In this document: positions 41,507 through 54,902 of the stretch, in pieces
Numbering within the stretch: the first letter of the stretch is position 1
Layout: each line of letters begins with the position of its first letter
Source of the DNA: Octopus vulgaris
Lineage: Eukaryota
NCBI GenBank assembly: GCA_951406725.2
Contig: OX597815.1
Location: forward strand, 52,824,001 to 52,888,000
DNA length: 64,000 bases
Direction of reading: 5' to 3'
Notes under the pieces: model-generated
Databases searched by the model: none
Told to the model about the DNA's origin: nothing
The model's input: the letters and a program-made list of their open reading frames with translations, nothing else
Made by a program: the position numbers and the translations under genes

Positions 41507-42989
41507 CATTCAGAAAACTCTTCTTATTTATAATTGCATTGTTTCTTTCCAGGTAAACTAACATCTGACTGTTCCAAGAAGACATTGAAAGTAACTAGAA
41601 CTGACTTCCCTCAAAAATTAACAAAATTTCGTATCATGGTGTTATGAAGCACCTGCAGAAAAAAAAGTTTTACTCCCAAGGACATTTATGCTGACGTGGT
41701 TGCTGCGTTAGAGGATGACACTCTTTATCAGCAGTGCAAAAGTGGGCAGCTGAATTTAGGAGTGGAAAGAAGGGTCTTGAGGATGACCCGAGGCCTGGAC
41801 GTCCTGCTACTGCTACCACTGCGAAAAAACCATTGATCGTGTTCACTGAATGGTGATGGATGACAGGCGATTGACTATAAATCAAATAGCCAATGCTATT
41901 AGCATATCCTTGAAAGTGTTGAGAATATTCATGACAATGATATTGCATGACGAAGGTTTCTGTTCGGTGGGTGTCACACCTGATTAAAAGCGCACCAGTC
42001 AGATCATATCGTTGGAAAATCTGACAGTGTTTGAGGCAGATCCAGCTGGTTTTCTTGAACTTATCCGAGGCCAGTATGTGTGATTGCTTCATCACTTTGA
42101 GTCAGAGACAAAGAAACAATCCCTGCAGTGGAAACACCACTTATTACCTGCTCCAAAGAAGACCCAGGTCGTTTCATCTGCAGGGAAGAGGATTGTCTCA
42201 ATTTTTTGAAATGCAAAAGGCATATTCTTTATTGATAATCCTCAAAAGTTTCACGCCATCAATGGAAAGTATTATGTCAACTTGCTGAGGTAGTTACGAA
42301 AGATTATAAAGATCAAACGTCCGGGAAAACTGACAACAGGGAGCTTGTTTCAAGACACTGCCTCAGCACACAAGTCACGCACGGCAGCCATTATTGGTTT
42401 CAATGGCTGCCGTGCGTGACTATGGCTTTGAACTGGTTGATCATCCCCCTATTCTCTTGTCTATCATCTATTGCCTAACATGTTGCCTTGACTGGGAACC
42501 AATGTCACAGTGATGATGAATTCATATCTGCTGTTGATGACATTTTTTGACTAACATGCGGAAAGCTTCTTCACCAATGTGGTCCAAGTACTTCAACATC
42601 GATGAAAGAAGTGTAGGGATCGCAATGGAGTCTATGTTGAAAAACAAACATCATTTGGTGACGTCCTAAGACACTGTACTGGCCAGCCTATGAACTTTCC
42701 AACCGACCTTCGTATATAACAGTCTTTTCGTTATAGTATGAAAATATATATTGGTTATTTATCTATTCACGATTCTCCATGCTTTGTGTGCATGATTCAG
42801 TTCGATTCAGTTTGTTCGTGATATTTACAATTAAAATGAGAAATGGAGGGGAAAAATGAAAGGAAAAAGAATGAAAGGAAAAAGAAATCAGGAATTACAA
42901 TTTTTTTCACGAATATTCATATAACGTTTAATTGCGTTATGCAAAAACAAGCGTACGTTTATTCAATTTAAATTTTAAGGGCCCATTTA

Positions 42990-44903
42990 GATGATAAATT
43001 TGCTTCATATATTTAATAAGAATAATCAACTGCCATAAGGATTTTAAGTGCTTTCCGTGTAAGGAAAAAGTGACAAGCTTGTTTATCTCCATGATATAGT
43101 TTGAAAGAATTAATAATATTTCTGTGCGTCATTAATTTAGCACTTTTAGATTTTAAACTCACTACATACTCCGCTATAGATGATGACGAACCTAACATTT
43201 GGATTAACAAAGGAGGTACTATGCATCAACATACGTTATTTGACACGGTTTTAGTCGATATTATGTAACATCCGTAGATATTATGCATTTTTACGGTATA
43301 TTTACAGACTATATTAATACGTACGCAGTTAAATCCGAATATATAACGATGAGTCAGTACTACAATGACAGCTAATGTATTGTAACACACGTATGTGTGT
43401 GCGCACGTGCATCTTTGTTCCCCACCACTGCATGATGACAACCGGTGTTGTTTGCTTACGTCCACGTAACTCAGCGATTCAGCAAGCAGATCGATAGAAT
43501 AATTACCACGCTTTAAAAAAATACTGAAGTGGGTTCGTTTGACAAAATTCTTCAAGGCAGTGCCCAAGCATGGCCGCAGTCTAATAAATGAAACAAGTAG
43601 AAGATAAAAGAAAAGATAAAATGCTTCTTAGGATTCAAATTTTATGTGAATTATGTAGTTTCTTCATATTATTAGCAACAGTCTTGCCCAAATTCAAAGC
43701 AACAGAGTTATTAAAACTCTCCATCCCTAAATATATGTGTCTATCATCAAGAGCAGTGGTTCTCAACTGAGATCCATATGACTCTTGGGAATCTATATAA
43801 GGTTTGTTGTTAAAATTTATCTGCAATAAATTGGTTATATCTCTACAGTACACAAAATAATAATTAAAAAACACTTGTCTAGAGTTTGTAAGACAAGTTT
43901 TATTTTATTGTATACAATTACTAATTGCTCTTTTTACTAATCCCAAATTCTGTTTTAGAATGTATCCCACCAGGCTTTCCATTTAGATTAGTTCTATTTG
44001 AAGTTGCTACTAGAGCCCCTAGAACTGGGATGTTTGAGTATGACTGTTTTACCATGTATCTATTAAATATCTGATGATGTCTGTGTTGCGGATTACATTT
44101 CTTCTAAGTATTTCAAAGAAGATCCTTAGAATTAATGATTTCAATCGGGTACAGAACGGTAAATTATATCAGATAAAATTTTTCTTCCTATTTTTTGAAT
44201 TACTTCCTGGAAAGTGCCATGGCAGTTATCAGAAACATTGATAATTTCAATGTAAAACACTTTGCAAATGTTTTCACTCGTATGGTGTTTTCACTAAGCA
44301 TGTGTTCATTCACGGTTGTAATACCAGTAGTTCAAGTAATAGTTTTATTATTTTTAACACTTCTCCGTACATGCTGTCAGAGTTTATGTTACCCACAAAG
44401 GCTTCAAGTATTTCTCATGGCTCACCATTATATAGCAAATTATTATTTGAAGTTCTTAAGTTCATGCTATTCTGTTTATCTTGTGATATTTTTCCCTCTT
44501 AGACACGAGTAATGAACCCCTATACCTGTGAGATTTTCTATCCCTTATAAATAATAAATTATCAGTATTTGTATTAGAAGCATGCTCCCTTAAAAATCAG
44601 ATTTTATGCATTAGATTTTCCCTTCATGCATTTGCCGTTTTATTTAACTTAATTTCTCTATTCCTTTTCCCCAAACAGCTATTATGCGTTATGTCGTTAA
44701 TTTTGCAACCTTTAAGTAACGCTCTTCAATTTAGTGTTCATAATATTTAATTTTCTCTATGTAAACACTCCTTTTTAAGGTTTCATTATAATATTAGCAT
44801 TATCTTTAAAAATTTGCTCATTACACGAAAGGCTCGAAATCCTTATCAATACATTTTTCACAAGGCTATTCATAAATAAATCAGTGTATGTGCATGCGTG
44901 TGC

Positions 44904-44962
<59 letters not shown>

Positions 44963-47200
44963 ACCGCGTGGGTGTGAGCGCGACCGTGCGTTGCTTGTGT
45001 GTGTGTAATTTGTCTCCAATATCAATTTTACCTCCAGCTAACAAATGAAGAAGTTAATTAATAATATGATGTAACGCTCAAAATATGTGTTTGAGGTTCG
45101 AGATTAAGTTTTGAAAGTGGGAAATTTCCCAAGGACGCCTTCTGCTTGAACAACATACAGTTACTTCGTTTTTGTATTTGGTTTGCAAGATTCTTAATGT
45201 GAATTCGTGTGTTGAAACAAATTTTGTTGTGTCTTGGGAAGGTCATAACACCAATAATAATAATAAACATACGCGCAGTTTCAGTATCACGCATTTATTG
45301 TTAGTCAATCATTTAAACATCTAAAGTTAAATATCTAAAATGATACTGAACCAGTGCGTGTGCTTATTATTATTGGCATAATGATCTTCCTGGACACAGG
45401 TGCAGGCTAACTTACTTGATGAAGTGAGGCCAACAGAACATTTATTTAAATCAGATGAAAAGTCAAAAGCGCTAATGACAATTCTTGCTAAGAAAGACAA
45501 GAGAGTAAAGTTCAAAATTTAGATTGATTAAAAATTAAATGGAAGTATGTCCACCACATGCTAGGCTTTATTTGTACAAATATCATCACTTAGCTGATTG
45601 GTCAAGCGTTTGGGCATGGCTCATATGTCGACCCACATCAGATATTTAGTGCTTCGGATTACTGAAGATTATATATCTTTCTGTTGAATTTTCTGTTGTA
45701 CAACTGTTACTCCAACCATGCTATCCTGTTATATATTTCCAAAGTTTATGGTTGTTCAAGCTAAATATAAACCATTTTATGCATACCAGACTCATAAGAT
45801 TCGTGACCGTCATGGACACAGTTCTTTCATCTCTCTAAATCATAAAAGAAAAGTATATATGCATCTTTTCAGACGGTAGAAATGGGTTTAGTACAAGTTT
45901 AGTTGCTGTAGTAAAATGGGTTAACCATCTTATTGAGGCTACTTTGTTTCCATAGCATAGAGGCTTACCCCGTGGCTTCATCTCAGAGTAAGTGTAACAA
46001 TCCACTTTGACAACTATTTCCCGCTTTGTAATTTAAATATTGATCAAGGAGAAAAGAATTATTTGTTGTCATGGCGACTATAACCACAAGATTATGTCAA
46101 TAATCTCATTTCAATTTCCTGCTTTTTTCGAGACACAAAATAATCTCGGATATCATTATAAAATGAGTATTTTATTTATTTATTTATTTTGGCTAGCAGT
46201 CAGTTCCCGATTCAATTTATTTCCTCTGTCTCTTACTTGCCACTATTGTAATTACTTAAACATTCTTACATAAAAACACGCATTTAACTCAATTTCTCTT
46301 GAATAGTTTTTAACTCTAATACAATATCTATTCACAATTAAAGAGCTTTACACGCATGCATACACACAGACACACAGACACCCAGAAACACAGACACACA
46401 CACAGACAGACAGACAGACACACACATGCACACATACACACACACACACACATAAATTTTCAACTAAAGAAATAATTGACTGTCTAGCCAGATCGTTACC
46501 ATGATCTTTCCCCAACTTTCAACAAACGAACATTATTGAGCTCGTGAGCTCCTTTCTAATAATGTTTTATTTCATTATAATTTTTTATAATTTCATTACC
46601 AACCTACAGCACTTTAACCCGTAGAAATATAATTTTACACAAAGACAGTAATAGATTTAGTAGACCAAAGATGGTCTGTGTTTGATACGAAATATTGATG
46701 TGCTGTGGGAACTCTATATTACTAACCTGGTTATTGGATACTTTAATGGCAAGTATTAGAACTTGGTTTCCTTCTGAGGACAACTTAATATTTCGATATT
46801 TTGTTTCCTAGTTGTTACTTGTCTCAGAGACCTTGCAAAAGATCGTGATTGCTGCTCCTCTTTTTCATATAAAAAGCACACCACAAATGTTTTGAGTTGA
46901 CTCTTTTGTAGGTATTGAGTAGCCTTGCAGAAAAGAAAACGTTGTACTCCTTCATAACAGCCTCCTCAAACAGACACATTTGTACATTTTTATTCTGGAT
47001 TGAATATCCCGCAACCTTAACTATCACAGGTCTTCTCCCACTCCAGTGATTATGATTACAAAGAAACGCAGATATCTGTAGAACTGGCACTAAACAACGA
47101 TTTCTCTATAGTAATTGGATGATAGATGTATCTTCACCTGCAAAGGGCACTAAACTATCCCAGATACTTTTGCTTGCTGAGAAAAACGAACTAGTTGACG
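42990..47200 (-). mobile_element. Old, fragmented Naiad-type PLE
   Basis: Collinear with 11008-13260: SLVKNVLIRISSLSCNEQIF (~44830), HQIFNRYMVKQSYSNIPVLGALVATSN (~44040) and EN-like NIVCKYTV..SSSIAEYVVSLK (~43000-43330). Extent beyond ~45990 is tentative. Confidence 0.6.
43405..43620 (+). mobile_element. SINE family B 3' half inserted in the old Naiad
   Basis: Tail GGCAGTGCCCAAGCATGGCCGCAGTC..GAAACAAGTAGAAGATAAAAG. Confidence 0.8.
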
Positions 47201-47631
47201 TACCTCCGTAGAACTACCTTGTCTAAACCACTGTTATCGCCTAAGAGACAGTGTATATTATCGATCACTTGATGTATTTTAAGTACGCTATACAGTATAC
47301 ATACGTGTTCTTAATTTAAACTTAATTTATTAAATTTTCAAAAGATTTACAAGCTTAATTATCAGTTTTTATATCGAAATATTTTATAGTTTCTCTCCAG
47401 AGATATTATGAAATCAAGAAGCAGTCAGTCTTCTAACTAACAAACAGTTTCCTCATTGATATTTAAACATCAATAACTGTGTAGAATCCCATGACATTAA
47501 CTTAGAAAAACATGTTTTTGTGTGTGTTTGTCTGTTTGATTGTGTGTGTGTGTGTGTGTGCACGCGCGCACAGATATATATGTATAGATACACGCTTGTG
47601 TTGATATATATATATATGTGTGTGTGTATGT

Positions 47632-47699
<68 letters not shown>

Positions 47700-47854
47700 T
47701 AGCATTATGACTCGGCGTTGCCGGGTCATAGTGCTAGTGCATGTATATATGTGTATATATATGTGTACATCTATATATATACATCTACACATAAAATACA
47801 AAATACAACGTTATATCTTGATATCGCTAGTGATAACAATACTCAAAATATATA

Positions 47855-48649
47855 ACAGACTGGAATTGTAGGCCCGTCTCTTGCAATTTCGATCAATTGT
47901 ATCTTGTCCTCCTTGTATAGAAGTGTAACTACAATCCAGTCTACCTCTACCTCTGGGGAGACATTTTAAATTTTTATCTGGGACGTCCTACGTCCCAGAT
48001 ATAAAGGTAAAAATAAAATATTTCCACTTTGCAAGGTTCGAGTCAAGTACTCCCTTGCACGCTCCGTTGACTCGAACCTTGCTTCTATTGTGGCGAATTT
48101 ACTGTCTCTGGTTAGATATCTTTCATAGTCGCACCAAGACACTTTTCGAAGGTGCTTTCCTCCAGGTGTTCAAATCTTTTTTTTTCTCTACATTGTATAC
48201 TTTATAGACAATAGTCTTTTCTTTAATTTAATTTTTTATTTCGTTTGGTGGTGTTATCCTAGATTCACCGTCTTTGTTAGTGATCAATCCGAAATAGGTT
48301 TGTATTTCTTCCATTTTAATTTTAATGAGTTCGCGCCCGCCGACGGCTGCAGCGAAATTCATTTTTGGACTTTCTTCTATCGAAGACATTTTAATAAAAA
48401 TGCTTCCGTATAAACGGTGAAAATATTGTCAATTTCTCCAAACAGGGACACAATTCAATTTTTAAACAATAGCCAAAGCTCCTTCTCCCAAAGGGGGAGG
48501 GTTACGGTTTACAATTATTTAACAAATGCGACACAACAACGTTTCCCTTACAAGGAACCAACAAACGTGATAACAATAGTTAAACAGTAATAATAATAAC
48601 AACAAAACTTACGGTGAATCAAAAAGCAGTACTCAGTAGAAGCGGCTGT
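47855..48649 (-). mobile_element. 5' UTR + ORF1 fragment of an L1/Tx1-type element (element B)
   Basis: Reads MSSIEESPKMNFAAAVGG..KTIVYKVYNV..FATIEARF..PLYLGRRTSQIKI*NVSPEVEVDWI, similar to ORF1 at 52650-53360 (KFAEVAG..RRIIYKTYNV). Confidence 0.75.
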
Positions 48650-48801
48650 AATTTTTTATTACCCACAAGGGGCGAACAAAGAGGAGACACCACAATCTGA
48701 TTTGGGGTCAGATTTACGAATGATTTTACATAGATGATGATCAATATTTAAATTACAAAGCGGGAAATAGTTGTCAAAGTGGATTGTTACATAATTACGA
48801 A

Positions 48802-51800
48802 TCACAATAAAATCGAAAAAATCGGATGATGGGACAGACCGGAAGACATTACGGATGGAGTGGGGGGGGGGGGGGGGTAACTCGGACCCCACGTGCCCCG
48901 CCTCGCCACTGATACCTTGGTTTCATTCTGTCTCACATTTATGTGGTACCATTCATACGCAACATCTGTGCTACATTCTTCCGTCGTTTTTCGAACTTTC
49001 TCAGTCAGGCATTTTCTCTCCAGCCCTCTTTTCTTTTTCAGGTGGAAGATGGAGTAATTCATCAATCCAGGGCTAGAGATAAAATTGCCTGACTCTATAC
49101 CTTTCAGCCTCGTCTTCCAAATCACCTCTCTCGCAATTGCAACTACAACGAGAAAACAATTCTTACCTTCTTTCGAGAGAAAATCCGGTGGGTCAATTTT
49201 TACAATAGACTCAGTCGACAGCTGTACTCTTCGTGTGTTTGACAACAGTTGTTCGGCATAAACCCACATCTCTGACACCTCCGAACATTGAGCAATAGCA
49301 TGCGGGACGGTTTCCCTATCCCGCTCGCATCTTGGATATGTCGGATTGCCTCGGCCACCATGCCTTGTGAGTTTGTCCCGAACAAGTAGAGCTCCTCTGT
49401 AACATTGCCATGCCAGAAACTTCTGAAAGTTGTCCAGGGTCTTCGGCCCGCATGTACGTCGGAACAGACTGGCCAGCTGATTATCATCGAGACCTAGGGT
49501 CTCCCCTAAAGTATCGTCACATTCCGCCTCTACCAGCCCTCTATAAAAGAATGTGGTGGAACCCCCACCGCAGGCGTTGCCCGAGCGACGGAATAGCAGG
49601 AGAGCCTTGCGACACTCCGTAAACCATGTGCCCAGTTTTGATCTTCGATTCAACTAGGTTTCCCATCCACCGAAACTACTGAACTTGGGAAACATCAGTT
49701 TTGCCAGCAGAAACCACACCCGTTCACCATCCAGGTAGAGCCACAGATGCCTCAACCTCAGCGCATGTCTCCGCATCAACAGCCAAGGCAGCCCTAGCCC
49801 ACCCTTTAACGGTTTTTTGACAGCAAGTAGAGCGTTTCACAAGCGGTTTCGAGCTCCTCCACAAAAAGTGAAAGAGCTGTCTTTCCAGGTTGATCAACCA
49901 CGAATCAGGGCAAGGAACGACGGATAGGCGGTAGGTGATGACCAATGCGATGAACACATTGGCTACATCCGCCCTTCCTTTCAGGGATAGCCACCGCCAA
50001 GACCAGGTGTTGACTACTGGAGCCACCCTGCTCGATACCTCGGCCCAGTTCTTCTCTATTTGGAGGTCTGGTCCAAACCAAACCCCTAGCAACTTAATCG
50101 GACCCTCCGTCCAACGTCTCACGACACTGTCAGGAGGCATCGACTTGCCTCTTCAGGTGCCGAGCTGCAAGCCGACTGACTTTTCATGATTAACTTTTGC
50201 TCCTGCCACCGTCTCGTAAACCTCTATGGCCTTGCCTACCCTCTGTAGGTGATCCATTTCGGTTACGATGATGGTGATGTCATCCGCGTAAGCTGACACC
50301 GGTTTTCCACAACCTGGCTGTCTCGGGATGCCGCTCAATTTTCGCAGTAATGGCTCAAGAGCCATCACGTACAAAAGCGGGGAGAGCGGACACCCTTGAC
50401 GAACCGAGCGTTTGATGTTGAACGGCTTCGATAAGAAGTCGTTCACCCGAACTACCGAGTCGATGTTGTCGTAAATCTGAATGATCCACCTGAGGAAACC
50501 AAGACCCAGGCCGAACTGTGCCAGAACGGACACCAGGTAGCGATAGTCAACCCTATCAAAAGCCTTAGATTGGTCTAAATGGACCAGTGCCCCACCCTTG
50601 CCAGAATCACTATTAAACCCCTCTAAAGTGTACCGCATAAGATGGACATTATCCTGAATGGTTCTGCTGGGAACGGCACATGTCTGTTCCTCCCCGATCA
50701 GACCATCCGCGACACGCGCCAATCTTTTCGACAACACTTTGGCCAAAATCTTCAACTCTGTGTTTAGCAGAGTGATGGGCCGAAAATTATCAATACAATC
50801 CCCCTTGTCCAGGTCCTTTCTGACAAGCGTCACTACTCCCCGGCGCACAGATCTGGGAATAAACCCGTTCAGCTGCCAGTTCGCGTACACCTCCGCCAGT
50901 AGGTGCCCGAACAAGTCTGGCATACTCTTATATAACTCATAGGGTAGTCTTACCTGCGCCTTACCTGCGCCGCAACCCGCCATAGCCTCAGCCACCTCCT
51001 CAGGCATGATCGGCCCTTCAAAGCTCTCCCGCGTCTCGCCCCGATAGGCGCGGCAGCCCGTCGAGGAGGTCCGTAAAGTCCCTCCTACTATCTGTTCCAC
51101 CGCCCCACCGAAAAGCTGAGCGAAGTGCTCCTGAAAAGCCTCACACATCTTCTCGGGTTCGTCTATCAACTTACCTTGTTGGTTCGTCAAAGATCGAATT
51201 GTGACATCATTACCACGTTGAGCATCCACCACTCGGGCCCATCCTGCAGCGTTGATTCCCTCACAACCCACTACGCGGATCCTAGCCCTGACAATGCAGC
51301 CCATGTGTTTGGCCTCGAGGTGCTGGTTTAACGCCAGTCTCTTGGCCGTCACCTGAGCCGTAGAGCCAGTTTTCATGGCTTTCTAAGTCCTTAACTAGAG
51401 TTGATCCCCTCCTAGCCTCTCTAGCCACTAATCCTATGCTATATCTAATAAACTCGAATTTTATGGCTCGCTTGAGAGCATACCACCATTTATTATTAAT
51501 GATGGCATCAGATAGCTCCCTCTGAATCAAAGTCCTAATCCGGTCTCTGTACTCCTTAATCGCCAAAAGAGACGTATTAAGTTTCCAAGCTTACAGGTGA
51601 CCATTTTATGGTCACTGTAGCTGACCGGGTAAAACTGTGGACACTTAGCTATTTCTCTATCTGTTTTTCTAATTAGTATTCTATCTATGTAAGACCTGGA
51701 AGATCCGTCGCTATTTGACCATGTCCACAATGGAGCGTTCGGAAAATCCAACCTATAAGGATCTGCTAGCTCAAAGCGTCTTAGCAGTTCCAGGAAGCCA

Positions 51801-52291
51801 GGGTTACCCTTTCTATCTGTACACGAGCCAACATAATCTACTCTCGCTCGTAAATTGTGTTGTAGTCTCCTAGCACAACTAATGAATGTGAAGTATTAAG
51901 AAACTTCTCTAGCTCTCGAAAATACTCACTTTGCCCAGATGATGATGAGGGTGCATAAATTGCAACCAGTCTGATAACTTTACCGTTTCTGAACGTCAAA
52001 TCCATGACGACCAGCCTACCTTCTGGATCTGAAAAAATTAATTGTTTCTCAAAAACCCGGTTTCTTTTTAATAGGACCAACACTCCACTCCTGCTGGTAG
52101 GACTGCCTGGAGAGAAAAAAACTCTCGTAGCTTTTCAACAGCGGGAGCAGATCTCTTGGCTCCTCTAACCGGGTTTCTGTAGCAACAATAACATCCAAAT
52201 TCCGCGACCTGATATCATTAAGGAAGCGTCCTTGCTTCCAGCTTGATCTCAGGTCACACACATTTATACAACCGACATAAATGCTAGCCAT
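48802..52291 (-). pseudogene. Tx1 ORF2 (AP endonuclease + RT + C-terminal zinc motif), disrupted
   Basis: CINV, ETR, AIYAP, LGDYN, SYIDRI, SDH; FRPITLLN, LDQSKAFDRV, SVRQGCPLSPLLY, AYADD, LLGVWF; degenerate C..C..E...H...C. Confidence 0.93.
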
Positions 52292-52304
52292 AACTTACGT
52301 CATA

Positions 52305-53361
52305 TCAGTGGTTCGGCTCATCTTCGTCTTTTTCTTTTTTATCTTTTTCCCGGGCCCGTGGCGGATTTTGACACAGCCCCTCGTATATGTATGGTGAGAT
52401 ACCCATCCTTAGAGGGCCTACGTCGTGATAAAATTCGGACTTTATCCGTCCGTAATCCTTCCGGCCTATTCTATATATTACAAAGTCTTTTGATGTGGTT
52501 TTGTCCACTTTTTAACCGTTGACATTGCTGCCAACCGATTCATGAGTCTATTATTAGATGCCCTAATGACCATAAACGTATTGACACACTTCTGCTTCCT
52601 TTTCAGGTTCAATTTGTGAGGGGTGGTCTCTGTTTTTTGCTTTTCCTCATTTTCTTGGAAATCGTTGACCACCCCTCCTCTTTTTCATTTTCTTCGCATT
52701 TTTCCTTCTCTGGTGTTTCTTTGGTCTTGATGCTTCTTTGGGTGATGTTTCTGGTGATTCATTCGGTGTTGTCTCTGGCGATTCATTCGGTGTTGACTCT
52801 GATGATTCTTTTGTTTCTGGTGGTGATGTTTCTTGAGGTTTTTCCTTTGGCTGGCATTCTGCTCTTATATGCCCCTTCATGCCACAGCTGAAGCATCTTG
52901 GCTTCTTGCCCTCCACAAAGACTATTAGTTTTTCTTCTTCGCTGATTCTTATGACCTCTGGAATTTCTTCCAGGGTTTGAACTTCGGCTTGTATAGCCAT
53001 TGTTAGGCATTGGCCCTTCCAGTGCTCCTCTTCCTCTACCGAAGCCTGGAGAATATTTATCTTTTCGTCTAATACCAACGTTATACGTCTTGTAAATGAT
53101 TCTCCTTTTGTTAACTACCTCGGTTGTGTTCTCGTTCGATATTACTATGACTTCCGTGCCTTCTTTCTTCAAGTTTGACATATATTTTTCCAGGTTACTC
53201 TTTTCGATATTTAGCTTTCTCTCTTTCTTCCCTGCCACTTCAGCAAATTTCTTCGTTGGGGCTGCATTCGTTTTAGGCGATACCGTCGGTGAGTTTTCTT
53301 CACCTGACACAGGTGAGTATGGAATGGGAGTTTCCATTTCCACAAAGTTGGCTTTCAACAA
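52305..53361 (-). pseudogene. Tx1 ORF1 (gag-like, CCHC knuckle), disrupted
   Basis: VFVEGKKPRCFSCGMKGHIRAEC. Frameshifts and an apparent internal deletion relative to element B. Confidence 0.8.
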
Positions 53362-53959
53362 GCAAAAAGTTTTGGCTTAAACAATCCTTTCACGAAAATT
53401 CGTTTAAACAAGCTTTTCCCCAAAATTGGCTAAACAAGCCTTTCGCACAAGTTTGCTTTACAACTACACAATAATTCCCCCCGCAGGGAGGAATTTCAAC
53501 ACGTAGCTTTCAAACGAAAGCAAATAACAAGTTTTTCACAACAAAATTTACAGTAACAACAACAAATCAACGTACCGATAGCAGAATTTCAAACAACAGA
53601 GTAGAAGCGGCTGTTCGAGACAACAGACATTACATACAGCCAAACTTCATATAGATACTTAATGCTAGCTAATTAGCAGATAATCTAATGTAAAAGCTGT
53701 GGTAAATGGTATGTGCACAGCTCCATCTGGACTATTCCATTTCTGCACATTAATATTATTTTTAATTTATTCCCATTCATGTGAAACCACTTATTCAAGT
53801 TCAAGTCATTGATGCAATTTTATACCAATTGCTATTTTTACTTTTAATTGTTATGTTACGATTTAATTATTATATTATACATTAGTTTGATTTTAATTAT
53901 TACTTACTACATATAATTCAATTGTTATTATTATCTCTAATTTTTATTGTTAAAGTGAA

Positions 53960-54203
53960 AGTATCTGACATAAAATAGAGAAATGTTTTTGTTTCACTTT
54001 TCACACGTAATACTGAAATAGTGGAGAAGATATGATATTGCTATGGGCTCGCCCTAGGCAAGAAGTTGAATATTTTTTTGCCCATGAAACTACATGGACC
54101 CTAAGTAAGGCATGTGTAAAATTTGAATGAAATTGGTTGTGTAGTTCTCGAGTTTTAGGGAAACACACAGACAGACAGACATTCTCAGTTTTATATATAG
54201 AGA
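53960..54203 (+). mobile_element. 3' end of a non-autonomous Helitron-type element (5' end possibly at 47698)
   Basis: Ends AAATTGGTTGTGTAGTT..ACAGACAGACATTCTCAGTTTTATATATAG. A matching-type start ACTAGCATTATGACTCGGCGTTGCCGGGTC lies at 47698. Confidence 0.55.
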
Positions 54204-54351
54204 GATAATAGTGGTAGAACAATGCACCCATATTTATTGAAGATTGCAGTCGACGCTATAGTAAAGCTCCACTGTATGTATATACTGGCAAAGATATGTG
54301 AGGGCGGCAGACATAAAAGATTCCACCTTACCTGTAGGAAAAACATTTGAT

Positions 54352-54429
54352 AAATCTAGGACCTAGGTTTCGAACTCTTCAAAATATGTTTATTAATGTA
54401 AATTTGATTAGTTCTCCGCAGCTACATTC
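54352..54429 (-). ncRNA. Minimal HHR, copy 1 (core mutated to CTGCGGA)
   Basis: GAATGTAG-CTGCGGA-GAACT..AGTTC-GAAA-CCTAGG-TC^-CTAGATTT. Confidence 0.75.
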
Positions 54430-54788
54430 ACCAAGACAAAATTTCAAATGTTGCTACATCAGTGCCAGTATATTTGCCTGGACTCCTAGCCGTTAACAAA
54501 ACTGAGAACAGTGAAAAGGTTTTCAAAGAAAAATATTATTAAATAGTGCAATACTATAGTATTGCTTTCCAGTAAAATAAAGCACCATATGGTTAAAGCA
54601 TAAATATAGAATAGTGGTACAACAATACACCAATATTTACTAGAAATAGCAGTCGATAATATATTCTACGGTATAGTAAAGCTTCACTGTATATATATAC
54701 TGGCAAAGATGTGTAAGAGTAGCGAACATAAAAAGTTTCATATTACCCGTAGCAAGAACATTAGATAAATGTACAACCTAAATGTGGA

Positions 54789-54866
54789 GAATCTAAGACC
54801 TAGGTTTTGAACTCTTCAAAATACGCTTGTTAAGGTAAAATTGATTAGTTCTCTTCAGCTAGATTC
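54789..54866 (-). ncRNA. Minimal HHR, copy 2 (GAAA mutated to AAAA)
   Basis: GAATCTAG-CTGAAGA-GAACT..AGTTC-AAAA-CCTAGG-TC^-TTAGATTC. Confidence 0.78.
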
Positions 54867-54902
54867 ATCAAGACAAAATTTTATATGCTGCTACATCATT
54901 GC

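Larger units (their letters stand above)
41031..42712 (+). mobile_element. Degenerate mariner with a nested insertion at ~41058-41505
   Basis: TA-CGAGGGTGGGCTGAAAGGTTCA ... TGAACTTTCCAACCGACCTTCG-TA. Transposase remnants KWAAEF..G...LEDDPRPGRP and ELVDHPP. Confidence 0.85.
48650..53599 (-). mobile_element. Near full-length L1/Tx1-clade LINE (element A)
   Basis: 5' UTR, ORF1 with zinc knuckle, ORF2 APE+RT, 3' AATAAA. Flanked by 15 bp direct repeat AGTAGAAGCGGCTGT (48635-48649 and 53600-53614). Confidence 0.92.

Noticed and set aside
54352-54866. Trans-complementation of the two mutant HHRs as a dimer
   Set aside because: In the dimer model CUGANGA and GAAA of one active site come from the same monomer, so both sites remain defective.
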